From assembly GCA_965112155.1 (NCBI GenBank), contig OZ218107.1: a stretch of DNA of 64,000 bases, one strand, 5' to 3'. The stretch comes from Podarcis liolepis. Its lineage: Eukaryota. A program made the position numbers and the translations under genes. The notes beneath the pieces were generated by a model. The model saw only the letters and a program-made list of their open reading frames with translations. It was not told where the DNA came from and did not search any database. The first letter of the stretch is position 1. Every line of letters starts with the position of its first letter. Shown here piece after piece: positions 1 through 13,631 of this stretch.

Positions 1-7
1 CTTTATG

Positions 8-147
8 GCAAGAGTGGGGAACCTGTAGCCCAAGAACATGGAGGGGGGCACAGCTCCCATCACCCCTGACCATTGGCCTTGTTGGCTGGGGCTGAGGAGA
101 GTTGGAGCCCAACAACCTATGGAGAGCTAAAGGCTCCCAGCTCCTGC
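8..147. mobile_element. Short palindromic non-autonomous DNA element (squamate hAT-like MITE), degenerate
   Basis: Imperfect inverted ends (GGGGAACCTGTAGCC ... GCTAAAGGCTCCC) and internal inverted motifs (CTCCCATCACCCCTGACCATTGGCC..GGCTGGGGCTGA..GAGTTG). Related copies lie near 30202, 34605 and 57225. Confidence 0.55.
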
Positions 148-149
148 TT

Positions 150-520
150 TAGGGCATTAAATGTTAAAACAAGCATCTTGATTTGAGTTCCGAAACAAAC
201 CAGGAGCCAGTACAGGTGACCTAAAAGACTAGCATGATGAATTCCATTTTCCCAGTCCCAGTTATTAGTCTAGTTGCTTTGTTTTGTACTAACTGCATTT
301 TACAAAGTGCATCTCCAAGGGCAGCCACAGTTGAAACACATTGTAGGAATCCAAAAGGTATATTGCCAGGGCAAGAATAGATGAAGGAAGGAAGCTCATC
401 TGTAGATCTCTTTGGGTTTTCAAATTCAGGATTAGATCTAATAATACACCCAACCTAGGTACGTAATCCTTTAGAGAGATTGCAACCCCATCCGGAATAG
501 GCTGAGTGCTGTTTCCCCAA
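150..520 (-). mobile_element. Old L2-clade LINE ORF2 fragment
   Basis: Minus-strand translation contains DGVAISLKDYVPRLGVLLD, resembling the L2 RT C-terminal motif DGVxLPLKxQVRSLGVLLD. The DNA resembles the L2 copy at 56341-56997. Confidence 0.6.
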
Positions 521-995
521 TCAGAACTCAGTAGGTTTTCAAGCTGAACACTCCCGTTGTCTGTGTATTGCTTTTGTTTTACCACAGGCAGGACACTAAA
601 CATACATATAACAATAGGTAAACATTGGTAGTGAAGATTATAGGAAAAATCATCCTGAATATATGATGCAAGGCAAAAAAAATATTGAATTTTCCACCCT
701 AAAGATTTGATTGGATTTACTTTGATTTTCTTCTCTTTCTTTTTGATGGCATAAGCATAGCAAATAGCATGCCTAAGACATATAAGAATGTTTGTATTAT
801 GTTAACAATCTCACATTTTAAGAAAATCCGACCCAAGGTATAATAGAAAATATTTTTTTATTTATAACATGTCCTCTAATCCACACAATGAAGTTAAAAA
901 TCAACAGTCCTTGCTCGCAGGCTTATGGGCAAAGGAATCCAGTTTGTTTCCTAAAGCAGATTAAACTGTCAGGCTTATATTGTCATGTACCTTAA

Positions 996-1080
996 GCTGC
1001 AATCCTAAACACTCTTACTTGGGAATGAATCCTATTGATCCCAAAGGGACTTATTTCTGCGTAAGTATGCATAGGATTCA
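996..1080. mobile_element. ~85-bp hairpin MITE
   Basis: AATCCTA...CTTAC...//...GTAAG...TAGGATT nested inverted repeats. A related copy lies at about 17531-17609. Confidence 0.5.
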
Positions 1081-2055
1081 AGTATATTCCACACATTTTG
1101 CACTTATTCACATGCAAAACACAGCCAAATGGATGTTGATCGTCCATTAACCTTCTTTTCCCTCAGTCTGGAACCTAGCCAGGAAATATACCCCCCCCCC
1201 CCGCCCCTATTTCAGCTCACTGTTTAACCAGTAGAAGTCAAAGATCAATAAGCATATTGGGTGGTTTATTTATATATTTATTATTCAAGCAAAGTAAAGA
1301 TGGCTAATTTTAAAAATATGAAGACAGGGGGGAAAATGTATGAACACGTAACACAATATGGATGACCTTTCCCTGTGGAAAGATGGGAGAATGGGAGGGG
1401 AGAAAGGAAGATTGAGGGGGAAAGAAAACATATTTTAGAATGATGAGTGAAATGCTTTTTAAGGCCAAGTTTTATAATATTTGCATAAGCTGCACTTTAC
1501 CCTGTCAAAATGGTTTCTAATTACTGTGTAGGAAAATCTGGGGTACAAGAGAGTTATAAATGGTGTACACTGGACACGTAAAGTTCAGATCCAATGGTTA
1601 GGCTAGAGACAGGCATTATTGGTTTTTTGAGAGAGCTGGAAAGAATTTGTGGCTTGTAGTACATAGAGTCATTTTATGGAGGACTGTGATGGTATTTCTG
1701 TGGTAGCATTAATTCTTTTTCTCTTTCTCCTCCTTTTGATAATGCCTGTCTGTGGGGGCTGTTTCTAAGTGCAAACGATAATTCAATATTTGCTGATTAC
1801 AATGTGTGTTCTTAAACTCTTTCCCAATTCCACAACGGACAAGAACCAAGTTAAGTTTAATATTTCGGCGTGCAGCAGCTTGCTGCTCTATCTCTAACAC
1901 AGGCTGCAACTATTATTATTGTATGAATAAAATCAAGGCATCTATAGCTATAGCAAGAAGTATAGTTTTGTTTTCTAAGGTGTACATGAAACATTTTATA
2001 TTCTTAAATTAGTAAACCAATAATTAATAATCAAATAAACAATGCATATACAGTA

Positions 2056-2297
2056 CAGTGGTACCTCGGTTTACAAACTTAAACCATTCCGGAAGTCCGT
2101 TCTTAATCCAAAACCGTTCTTAAACTGAGGCACGCTTTCCCCAATAAGGCCTCCCACCGCCGGTGCCCTTCCACCGTTTGGATTCTGTTCCTTAGACCAA
2201 GGTAAAGTTCGCAAACCGGGACACTACTACTGGTTTTGCGGAGTTTGTAAACGGAATGGTTCTTAAACAGGGCTGTTCTTAAACCGAGGTACCACTG
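2056..2297. mobile_element. Tc1/mariner (Tigger/pogo-like) MITE
   Basis: TIRs CAGTGGTACCTCGGTTTA / TAAACCGAGGTACCACTG, flanked on both sides by TA (2054-55, 2298-99). Confidence 0.9.
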
Positions 2298-2940
2298 TAT
2301 TCCAACTCTGATTCTATGGTTTCAGTTTCCTCAAATTATTTCTTAAAAACAGCGGAGGAATTGTTTTCTCTGCAGCCCCCAGGTCATCAAAATTTCTGGA
2401 AATTTTACATCTCTTTGGCTGGATTTAGGGCTGTATCATTTTTCATCAGTTCTGCTTCTGCTGGCGAGAAGGCAATAGACCTTATCTGTCTGATACAGAC
2501 CTAGGAAAGGTGGCCTGATAATGTTGTACTTCCTGTAATGCATCCTATTCCATCTTTTAAGACTTTTTGATACCTCTTAATTGGTACAAAATACAACAAC
2601 CAACCTCTTGGGAGCTCATTACATTTGTGTTCCTGGTCTGATCCATCTTGCATGTCTCCCTTAAGATGCCAGTTGTCCACAAGGCACAAAATTGAGCGTG
2701 CATTTTGGAAAATTGTTGTCTTCTGTTCCGTTTCCTTACCATACTGTAACTTGTTTGTATTTCTCAGTTCCACCTGACAATTCAACCATTATGTTGCATG
2801 TTTTTGTAAGATCATTCCGCAATGTTTCTGCTAGAGGTTTTGAATGCTTCGCAGTTCTCTTTTGGACAACAGAAGTCTCCTTTGGAAGAGTTAGAGAAAG
2901 TTGGTGTGGTTTGGATAAACCTGCTAACTTTAGTGTAATA

Positions 2941-3167
2941 CAATGGTACCTTGGTTGTTGAACTTAATCCATTCCAGGAGTCCGTTCGACTCCCAGAGCG
3001 GTTCAAAAACCAAGGCATGGCTTCCGATGGGCTGCAGGAGCTTCCCGCACTCAATTGGAAGCTGCGTCGGACGTTCAGCTTCCAAAAAAGGTTCACAAAC
3101 TGGGTTTGTGGCGTCCAGGAGCCGATTTGTTTGACAACAAAGGTTTTCGACTACCAAGGTACCACTG
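2941..3167. mobile_element. Tc1/mariner (Tigger/pogo-like) MITE
   Basis: TIRs CAATGGTACCTTGG / CCAAGGTACCACTG with TA target-site duplication. Confidence 0.85.
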
Positions 3168-3361
3168 TACAGTTTCCATATGATACTCCTGGACAGGGCT
3201 CCTGACAGGCATCCTAAAAAGTGCATAAGTTATGGATGCTTTCCCCACATTGATGCTTCATTCTTTTGTGGAAATCAGGGCTCGAAAAGAAGGACCATGA
3301 TTTGCTTAATGATATGCTGCAGAGAATTCTCTTAACCAAGAAGAGAAAAAGGCTCAGGTTC

Positions 3362-3520
3362 CATAGCTTGTTAGGTAGTATGCAGACGTTCCCAAGTTCA
3401 GTTCCTGGCATCCCTAGGTAGGGCAAGGAGAGACCTCTGTCTGAAAGCAGTCAGAGTAGACCGTACTGCACTAGATAAGCCAAAGGTCTGAGTCAGTACA
3501 GTATAAGACAACTTTCTTAC
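3362..3520 (+). mobile_element. Degenerate tRNA-derived SINE (Squam3-like)
   Basis: Resembles the reverse complement of the better-preserved copy at 24425-24606 (TGCAGA..TCCCA.GTTCA.TTCCTGGCATC..AGGTAGGG...GAGAGAC). Confidence 0.5.
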
Positions 3521-5048
3521 ATTATGTTTCTAGGTAGTCCAGCTGCTTTTCACACTGCTAGTTCCCCATACCAGATTACTTCACTGCTTTCCTTAATAAA
3601 TTCTGAAGTGAGCCAGCCAGCTCCTTGAGTCTGTAGTGTACATGTCCTCATATTAAATGATAATTGAGATTTTCCATAGAAGTTAAACTGTGAATGACAA
3701 CATCCGTTAAAAATTCTTGCCGCTGAGCAACTTAGAAACGTCAGCACATGAAGTGATTAAGACATATTAATAATTAGGAAGATGAAGTACATTCACCTTC
3801 AGAAATGAAATGGGTGCTAAATTTAGTGGTATCAGCCATTTCTAGAAACTTGGCAATTATTACACTGTGGGTTGAAGTAACTGAGGTAGCCGAATAAGGG
3901 GAGTTTAATTGTGTCCTTTTCTGCTGTTCTCAGTAGGAGGAGCAATGATGTGTGTTGATTTCAGAGCAGCACATCCACTTTGAGGACTGAAGCATATAGC
4001 TGAAATGGTTCCTTGTCTGAATGGATTTCAGGGTATAATGTTAGCTCCTCTGGAATCACACAGGAAATGCCTTGGATGTTTCCCTAAGCTTCTTTAGGGA
4101 GGCTAATTTTCTTTAGATGTTTAAAGTTTTAAAAAAACCACAGTTTGTGTCATCTTCCTTTGAATCCAGGCAGAAATGGATTACCAGTGAGTCTTGTCTA
4201 GCAAATGGACTTCCAAAACATGCAAATTAGTTGACATCCCTTCCTAGCACAGCACAGTACAAACTTTAATTTTAGACTCCACCTGTCTACAGGGAAAGTA
4301 ACAAAACAACATAGCTGCAGATCAAATGCTTATCAGGAACCAGCAAACTTTATGTGTTGGATATCTTTCACTTGTTCTTTCATTTTTCTTTTCTTTTTTA
4401 CACGTCATGTGCCCTTTGATTACCAACACAATACATCTGCATTTTTGTATTCCAGTATAAGATATGCCCTTAAACGTTCTGCTTTAGGAGGAGTGGACAC
4501 TTAAGCAATTTTAAGAGGTCATTGGAAAGTCAGAGTGCCCGAAGATCTCCCTTCAAGAAGTGGTGTATTATTTTTTGTTTATAAAAATTATGGTGTTCAG
4601 CATCCCATATATTTCAGATTCTGGTGTAGTCTTGGTCCATAAAATGGCAGTGTAGTCAATTTCAATACAATAGTATGAGCAGGAGACAAAATGAATAATT
4701 CACCCTGGCCTCTTGCTTTCTGAGATAGCGGGAATGTTGAGAACACTGTGGCAGCAATGTATTTAACCCCAGGCTCATGGGCACATGACTTGTCGTTGCT
4801 GACAAAATGCAACTTGACAATCAGCTACTGACATTTGTGCTGAGTTTGTCATCCACTGCATTTCACCATTAAGTATATCCAACAACCCCCCCAAAAAAAC
4901 TTGAATTACATTTTCTGTTTTACAGGGTTGATGATGCAAGAGAGATCTGAACAAAGAATTCAGCCCAGCGACAGGCAGAATAGATCATTTATATTGCAGG
5001 TTAATCTCTCAATTAATCAAGGGCTAAGTAGTAAGGGCATGTGAAACC

Positions 5049-5520
5049 TGTCAGAGCAAGATGGTGAAAATCTAACTAGGTAAATAAGGATGCTATTCAT
5101 TGTCAAGGTTTTCTCTAGACTAATGGAGGTTCAGAATCAGAAAATGAAGCAAGAGAGGAGGGAGACCAAGAGGCATAGATGAGTCAGGCTGGTGAAGAAG
5201 CCAGGGTGTCTCCTCCTGCTGCTGTGACAGGTTCCCCTTCCCCCTGTTCTCCATGGACCAGAAGAGGTATGAAGAGAGAGGAGCAGAGACAGGCACTTTG
5301 GCAGAGTCTCAGATTGCTTAGGAAGGACTCAGAGGAGAAAGAGATTTAAGCAGCTGTGAGAAGACAGGGCTCTTCAGCCTCTGCAACTGCTTCACAGGGG
5401 CAAGACCTACTGAGAAGAGTTGCTGTGCTTATTAGGCCTGGCTCCCCTGAGTCGGTTTCTGCTAATAAAGAGTTAACCTCACATACTCCATGTGATTAAT
5501 TGCTGGCTGGTTCACTGACA
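5049..5520 (+). mobile_element. Probable solo LTR (Gypsy-like); left boundary uncertain (5049 or 5101)
   Basis: TGTCA(G) start and CTGACA end, purine-rich U3-like part, TATA-like GATTTAAGC at about 5342 and AATAAA at about 5464. No clear TSD. Confidence 0.45.
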
Positions 5521-6102
5521 GTAAATTTACTCTGTGTGGTTACTTCTATTGTGTTGATTTTTTTGGGGGGGGGGAGGGGGTAGTCCTCGTGCTTTGGGGT
5601 TTTTTCCTGCATCACTTTGGTATAGTCTTTGTGTAAAAATCTATACCGTATTGAAATAATGACCATATTTGCAGTAAGTAAAAAAACCTCCACAAAAACT
5701 ATTATGTAGTTGCATTATTTTGCATACACCTTTCCCTGGCAGCCATTTGCTGAGTTGCTGTACACAAAATGTAACCCCTTTGTTAAAGGACAGTCTTTCT
5801 CTTTCTCCTCGCACCCCCCATTATTTCTCATTGGACTTAATTTAGAGATTAATCTGGAGTAATTCTATAATTTAATTGGTTGAACAATTAAAACAGAAAG
5901 GCAAAAACAGCCCCCTGGGGTTATTTAAAATGTGCATGTAGATAGCATCTGTTATATGTAATGGGCCTATGCTTCTTAAGATTAACTGAGAAAAAGTTAT
6001 TGAAGACCATGTTCTCTTTACATTTATTCTAAATTTATTTATTTTCCCCAATGTAGCCAAAATTTCTATTTCGGGATGCAACTTTTGCCTTCTGTGATTT
6101 AA

Positions 6103-6142
<40 letters not shown>
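6103..6142. repeat. (ATT)n microsatellite
   Basis: Directly visible. Confidence 0.95.
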
Positions 6143-6146
<4 letters not shown>

Positions 6147-9100
6147 GTGCTACATTGTTAAGAGGTTGTGTTTTTTTTTAAAAAAATCGTTGATATATTC
6201 CTATTCTGTGGAACATGTTGACATTTATTACAACTTCCTTTATTCAATAGTTAATCCTGACATCACACACAGTGCCTCTGGGCAGCTATGTCCCCTTACT
6301 TAAACTCTGACATGGTCCACTGGGGCTGATGCCTGACTACCTGTTGCCCTGGTAGCTGTAAGCTGATCTGGTGGCAGCAACTAGGCCTAGAAAACAGCCT
6401 GCCATTCTGCCACAGTTTCCTGGAGAGCACAATGTAGTGTTGCTTCAGGGCACTGTGGGAGCTTTAAGTGGCTGACAGCTTATCAGATCCAACCTCTGCC
6501 ACCATGTAAGCCTGCTGCTTAGGGGCATTTTGAGGGGCATTTTGCTGTAGGGTGCCCAAGACCTGAAACTGACTCTGCTTTACAGCATAAATGCTGTATC
6601 AGTACAGACTCTTTAACATTTATTTATGTTTTATGCTCTATTCCAAAAAAATAAATAAATATCTCATATTAGTGTATAATTAAAATCATATATTACTGAA
6701 GTCTTCAAAGTAAAGAGTAATTTCAATTAAACTTAATTAAGTTTAAACTCAATTAACCTACTTGTTCAAAATATATACACAGCACTTTTGTATAGATATC
6801 TATTTCCCCCCTCTCCAATGACCAACATGGATGGGTGGGAAAGGCCAGCCACATGCCAATCATCTGATGACATGACAGATGGGCAGTCCCACCCACTTGT
6901 CAGAGTTGGCCAGCAGGGCGGAAAAAAGAGTCTGCATTGTCAGCATGTTCCCTAGGACTGAAGTGGGCTACTGCTTTGGCTGCATGCCCTAGCCCAACAG
7001 CTGATTGACAGATTCGCATGGTTTTAGAGAAATTGCCTTGGACTTGGAGGGCCAAATTGAACCCCCTGGTGGGCCAAGATTGGCCCATGGGCTGGAGCCT
7101 TCATCCCACCCCTGACATAGGCTAGCAATAATGGCTCATGATGTAAATGTGAAGGGATGCTGGGCAGGGAGAATGAATGCTTCTTTCAGTAAAAAGCCAA
7201 TTTTGTTGGTGCTGGGTGCAACAAAGCTCTTAGAACCCTACTGCACATAGAATTATTTCTCTCAATTGGGGATTGCTCTGTTACTATGAAGTGGCTTTTT
7301 TGTTTTTATATTTTTTGAGAGATGTGTAATCTCTTCACAGGTTATTTTACTCAACACACCTCCTGTCCCCCCCTTCCATGCTTAACAACCAGTGTCCAAA
7401 AGTTCCTTCACCCAATTCTGTCTATTGTATCAACTGAGGCTCATTTACAGCGTTTTTATGAAGTGTATTGGCCTTTACACATTTCATTTCCTATATTTGA
7501 GCCTAGGCATGATCCACTGCATCTCCTAATCAAATCAACTGACTCTTATTTCTAAGCTTCCTTTTCCCCTTGCATGGATGGATGCGTGCAAAAGCCTCCT
7601 GGACTTCCAACCCAGCTCATGATTTTGTCGGCTCGGGTCTCGTCTTCCGTGATTGCTCTGTGCGAGCAGAACTTTGATCTTGTTAATGGGTTCATACATT
7701 TGTAGCCCCTACCCCAGGCCCTCTGCAGAGATGAGACAATACCCAGCTTTCTCATTAGCCTTGTATGAACCAATAGGGTGATATGAAAGGAATCTTAAGT
7801 GCAAAAGAGAGAAAGAAAAGGAGCACCACAAAGTCCAAGATCCAAAGTGCTCCGTGTGCACACACAAAGCATTTCTGTACACATGGTGGTGGCTTATTTT
7901 TTTACTTCTAACACAATCCCTTCATGCTTCATAGGATAAAGATTTGAGGGTGGATTTAAAAGGATTTGAGAGATTGGTGTCAGGAGCGAGAAACCGAGAA
8001 GCCCCAATCAGTGCAACACTTTGGGATCCTGACCACTGTAACTGATTCTTGAATGCAGGAAGAAAGCATTTTACGTTTTAGACAAATATTTTATCCCTGC
8101 TCAGTTCATCTATAGTTTTATGTTTTGTTCCAACCAAGAAAGCAAGTGAATCTCTATTAAAGCTGTTGCATGGATTTGAGTTATTCCATGTGTGGTCCAT
8201 TTGCTCCACTTACACATGGTCCAGACTTGAAGGGCATGTAGCCCCTCTTCTGGTGGTTAAATAATAAATAATCTTGGTCTGGTTGTAGATTTCTACCCTG
8301 AACAATTAGATACAATTTCCCAAGACACTTAAGAAACAAAGGAAGTCATGTTTTGTCCATAAGAAAATGCCTTTCAACCAATAGGTGATACTACCTTGAT
8401 TCTACTGTTAAAGTGGTTGAATTTCGAGAGATTCCAGAACATGATCTAATCCTGCTTTGTTGAATGAATTTCAGTTGATGTGACTTGAGGATGTGAACAA
8501 GGCGCTTGGATTGGTGTGAGCAACTATTTACTGTCATTGACAGTTTCTCCTCTGTACTGTACTCAGTAACAAATAGAAAGAGACTGGTTTCTGTCAGAAG
8601 GATTAAAGTAATCCCTCCAGTTTATTGAAATCATAAATTCTTGATCAACTTAGTGTTGCAAATACTGTTAACTTTTTTCACTGAGAAACACATTCTCTGA
8701 CTTCTTATGGTGGCAGTTGGATAGATTTGAGGCACATTCATTTTGTGTGCTACTTTTTAACAGAAAGTAGTGGAATGAACTGGTCTAATAGAGAGGAAAT
8801 CGGTCAGAAGCTTTCTTTTGCATTCCACATTCCTTAAATCAAACTGTATGGATGCAGTGGGCATTGAAACAGGAAGGAGAAAATAAATGAATACATGCTA
8901 GCCACAGAGGACATACATTTTGTTTGTGTAGATGGTAAATCCCTAGCATGGAGGTATGGACACTTGCAAAGCCTTGTGTATGATGGAGCATAAATTTGAG
9001 TTTTTTATCTCTTTGCTTCTAGTCATCTTTAGTTTCCCCTTGAAACCGAAACATTGTGATCCTCATCATTTATTTATTGACAAAAGAACTTCTGACTGCT

Positions 9101-9619
9101 GTATTGTTCTTTGAATTTCTTTATACCATTAGCTTAAAATTTTTATAAGCAACATTGCATTTGATTAGATGAAAATAAAGCAGGGAATACTGTTTCTGGA
9201 GGAGCAGAGGATGACCTGCGAAGCAGTTCAAACATCAAGTTTTATTCAACAACTTCCACTCGTTCCATTTTCTTTTAAAGTTTTCAGGGCCAAAGTAAAC
9301 ATTATGGGGAAGCCATGTTTGTTGCCTGTACTTGTTTCTGTGCTGATCAAGTTTGTGTACAAAATGTTTCAATTTTACAATCTCAAACCTTTTATTGGCA
9401 TATAGACAAAATCCCAAAAGGTTCAGTGCAGTGAAACTACTCCGCAAAATATGGATCTAATAATTAAAATACTGTTATATAACATTCACGGATCCTCACA
9501 GTGTATTGCAGAAACCTGGCTGCCATCTTCATCTTATCCCCATCCTGGGTAAACATTAGGACAGCTGCTTTACATTCATCTGACTGCCATTCCCAGCTAA
9601 CAGTCAACTGATGAAGAAC

Positions 9620-9830
9620 TTAATTGTCTGATACAAGGGGCAGTGCAAAAGAACATGCGCAACTGATTCTGTATGATTCTGTCCACCGGGGCATGGTCTC
9701 TCTGCGAGTGGTATTTGCTGGAATCTCCCCTGTAGTATTGCTGATGGTAGCACATTCAGTCTCGATAGCATGCACACCCTTCGTTGATCCAGGGTTAATT
9801 TGAGATAAATCGCCATTGCACAGACGCTGT
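9620..9830 (-). mobile_element. Non-LTR retrotransposon ORF2 C-terminal fragment with degenerate CCHC motif (RTE-X-like)
   Basis: Translation RRVCMLSRLNVLPSAILQGRFQQIPLAERPCPGG..ESVAHVLLHCPLY matches the pattern R.N.LPS....GR...IP..ER.C.C....E...H.LL.C..Y of C-terminal zinc-knuckle LINE ORF2s. Confidence 0.6.
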
Positions 9831-10206
9831 TTCTGATTTGGCTACTACGTTCTTGAAATTCGTTGTCTAACAATCTGCGTTTAATTTTCTCAAATGCAGG
9901 ATTTTCTTATAAACTGGTATAAAAAATGTTTCTAAGACAGTTTCTGACACTGCTCTTTCTTAGCACCCCAGAAGGAAAAGAAAAACAACTTTGCAGAATT
10001 TTCTCAAAATATTGATCGATCGATCAATCAATCAATCAATCAATCAGTGTTTTCTTTCTGTGTTGGCTGCAACCCCACCTGTCTACCCCAATGCTCTAGA
10101 ACAATTCCTGATCTGGAGCATTATGAAGGATACAAATTGGTAGTTGGCCTCAAACACAATTGCTGTAGCAGCAGCAGCAAAACAAAAGTCTCTAGGACAG
10201 GAAATA

Positions 10207-10449
10207 CAGTGGTACATCGGTTTTTGAATGTCTCCATTGACTAACATTTCGGTTTTCAAATGCCGTAAACCCAGAAGTAAATGCTTCAGTTTTTGAACAC
10301 GCCTCAGAAGTCGAACATGCCACTTTGCTTCTATTGACTGTAATATCCTGAGGCCGAGCTGTCGGCTATTGAGTTTTCGGTTTTCAAACGTTTCAGAGCT
10401 CGGAACGGTCTTCCAAAACGGATTACATTCGAAAACCAAGGTACCACTG
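10207..10449. mobile_element. Tc1/mariner (Tigger/pogo-like) MITE
   Basis: TIRs CAGTGGTACATCGGTTTT / AAAACCAAGGTACCACTG with TA TSD. Confidence 0.88.
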
Positions 10450-11445
10450 TAACCTGTGCTACTGCCACTACAAATGGGGACACCACCCCCAAACTGTGCT
10501 TCCTCCAATTGAATAAATTTGGCAAAATGCCCCATACCAATTCGTCTACCTAAAAATTAGATGGAGAATTTTGAGACCCTATTTGTTCACACTTCAGGTA
10601 TAAAGTGCAGTCTGGTCTAGTACTTAAATCAAAAGATGCAAAGTTAAGTTGCGATAAATCCCTCCCACCTTAGGGAGCTGCTTATTGGGAGAAAAGAGAC
10701 TGCAGTTAACTGGGATTAACTGGGGCAGGGATTGCCTGGAGCAACAGAGCACAGCAGGATAATGGCAGAAAGAAATGTTTCCCTTCATTTGTTGTAAAAA
10801 TTAGAGCTCACACTCTTATTTGTGAAAAGTGCATTTTTGAAAACCCAGCACTGCAATTCCTCCCTATATCTCGCTTGGCCTACAGCTATGCACTCCTCCA
10901 TAGCTGATATTATGCATGCGCAAAACAGAAAAGTATTTTTTACTGTACTAGTAAGTTTGTTTAATTATTAACAAATGAATTGGTGTTTTTTCTAAAGCAG
11001 TGTTGTGCTTTTTTTGTAGCACAAAGTTCATAAGGTAATTGTGTTTTTGGAATTGCACTGAAAATTAATGATGTGCTTTTAGCAGACTTAGAGGAATGTT
11101 TTTTCTAGAAACTTTTTTTTAAACTAAAGTAATGTATAGTGAATTACTTCAAAATATTTCATTATTCTTTAAAAAAAATAATGGTTTCAACTTGAAATTG
11201 ATACCATGAGCTATAAAGAAGGCATAGCAAAATCTATGGTTTTTAGTTAACAACCACCTTTAGACAGAAAATGTTAGTGGAACTAAAAAACATAGGTTTT
11301 GCTATCTCTTCTTAAAGCTGATATTAGTTTAACAAGTGCTAGGACATGGAGTTAAAGCTTTGCATATACTCTTTCTGGTCTTAGCTATCAAGTGCCTACT
11401 GCTACTGGATAATTTTTTCTCCTTTTCCACCTGAAGGCATCTGTC

Positions 11446-11449
<4 letters not shown>

Positions 11450-11486
<37 letters not shown>
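11450..11486. repeat. (CA)n microsatellite
   Basis: Directly visible. Confidence 0.95.
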
Positions 11487-11490
<4 letters not shown>

Positions 11491-12529
11491 ATAGATATTG
11501 CTTAGCTGTCTAGATAATTTGAATTTAAGCCTGTATTTGATTCACTTAATATCTGACTCATAATTCTTTCTCTTCTCCCAAAAGGTCTCTTAATATGCCA
11601 CATAATAAAACACATGGCCATCCATAAATAATTGATGCATACATTTAAATATAATTTAAGGTGGTGGTGGTTGTTTTTTGTTTTTATTTTAAAAAAAGCC
11701 TAATCCACATATATTAGAACATAACAACTTTATTGAAACAGATGGTACCTACCCCACCACAAAAAAATGACAATAACATTTGCATTCCTTAATGTGTTTG
11801 CTGGAAAAAAAATGCAAACATCATCATTTCAATGCGTTCTATTACAGAATTATCAAGCTGGAAAGATGGTCACAGAAGTAGACTGCTAGGAGCCTATAGG
11901 ATGGTATATAAATTTTAATAAATGGATTTAATTCAACCCGTCTTATTTATATTTAGGCCTCTGGGGAAAGGGGAAGATAGCCTGTAAAACCTAGACCTAT
12001 GTTGATTTTTTTCTTCCTTCTTACTCATGGTGATAACTGATTTGTAAAGGCTGTACTGAATATTCTGTAAAACACTTTTTTCATGTGAGAAATATAGTCT
12101 TTGGGTGCTAAAATGTTTCCTCTAAGCTCTTCAAAAGTCTCCGTTCTGCACGTCTGTTTGTGGTGCTTGGCTACACCAATTGGCTGTTAATTCAGCACCA
12201 TTATTATTATTATTATTATTTACATGAGGCATCACTTAACAAATCAGTTTTGGCTATACTTGAAAATCAAAGTTAGTTCACGGTCAGGGTGATGTCCATT
12301 AGGCATTGAATAACAGCTGCCTCCATCTCATAGAGGCAAAAGGGCAGGTAGGTGTTTTCCCTGCTGGATCAGGCCACTAGCCCATCTAGTCCAGTGGGCA
12401 ACAGATTCCCATGGGAAGCCCCGGAAAATGGTCTTATCCTGTTCCTTGCCTCTGTTTTTCACTTGCCTTTGCAAAAATGGGGAACAAAAGCAGCAGCTGC
12501 TTCCCCTCTGCTCCCTCCAGCTCCCTCCA

Positions 12530-12774
12530 GAGCCAGTGTGGTGTAGTGGTTAAGAGCGGTAGTCTCGTAATCTGGGGAACCGGGTTCACGTCTCCGCTTC
12601 TCCACATGCAGCTGCTGGGTGACCTTGGGCTAGTCACACTTCTTTGAAGTCTCTCAGCCCCACTCACCTCACAGAGTGTTTGTTGGGGAGGAAGGGAAAG
12701 GAGAATGTTAGCCACTTTGAGACTCCTTCGGGTAGTGATAAAGAGGGATATCAAATCCAAACTCTTATTCTTCT
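12530..12774 (+). mobile_element. tRNA-derived SINE (Squam2-like), full length
   Basis: tRNA-like head with A box TGGTGTAGTGG and B-box-like GGGTTCACGTCTC, followed by GGGTGACCTTGGGCTAGTCAC and a (CTT)-type tail. Near-identical to copies at 24941 and 54792. Confidence 0.85.
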
Positions 12775-13293
12775 TTCCCCATTACCATTTGCCAACCTGC
12801 CTGGGTGGATGAGTGACTAGTGGCAAATAGCCATTGAGGTTTTCTCAATCTTTGCAGTGTATAGGGGGAAAGACGTGCTCCCTGGATGGCATCATGCTGG
12901 GGGCAGAGAATGATTCAGCTTAAACAAAACTTCTACCAGAGGCTGTAAGCATTGGAACTGGCAATAGTTGTTGTTGTTGTTGTAGCAGTAGTAATCATTA
13001 AAGCTAGAGAGACATCAAATTGTTAATTTCTCAGAAGTATTTGGGATAACATTATCTCTCATATTGTCAGCTGTAGAAAAACACATTTTTCACCCCCAAG
13101 TATCCTAGGAACTTTAATTTACCTCTCACAGAGCTGCAATTCCCAGCACCCTTAACAAACTGCAGTTCCCAGGTTTCTTTCATTGGGGTTCGGGTGCTTT
13201 AAAATGCATGGTGTATACACCGCCTAAGATAGGGACAGGCAGACCAAAAAGAAGCAGGGGTTATATTAGCCGGAGCAACTCTTTAAGGGAAAA

Positions 13294-13631
13294 CTATGGG
13301 TTAAACCACAGAGCCTAGGACTTGCCAATCAGAAGGTCGGCGGTTCGAATCCCTGCGACGGGGTGAGCTCCCGTTGCTTGGTCCCTGCTCCTGCCAATCT
13401 AGCAGTTCAAAAGCATGTCAAAGTGCAAGTAGATAAATAGGTACCACTCCGGCGGGAAGGTAAACGGTGTTTCCATGCGCTGCTCTGGTTCGCCAGAAGC
13501 GGCTTAGTCATGCTGGCCACATGACCTGGAAGCTGTATGCCGGTTTCCTCGGCCAATAAAGCGAGATGAGCCCTGCAACCCCAGAGTCAGCCATGACTGG
13601 ACCTAATGGTCAGGGGTCCCTTTACCTTTAC
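13294..13631 (+). mobile_element. Sauria (POM/Squam1) SINE, slightly 5' truncated
   Basis: GGTTCGAATCCC B box, the body shared with the other three copies, and the 3' end GGTCAGGGGTCCCTTTACCTTTA. Confidence 0.9.
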
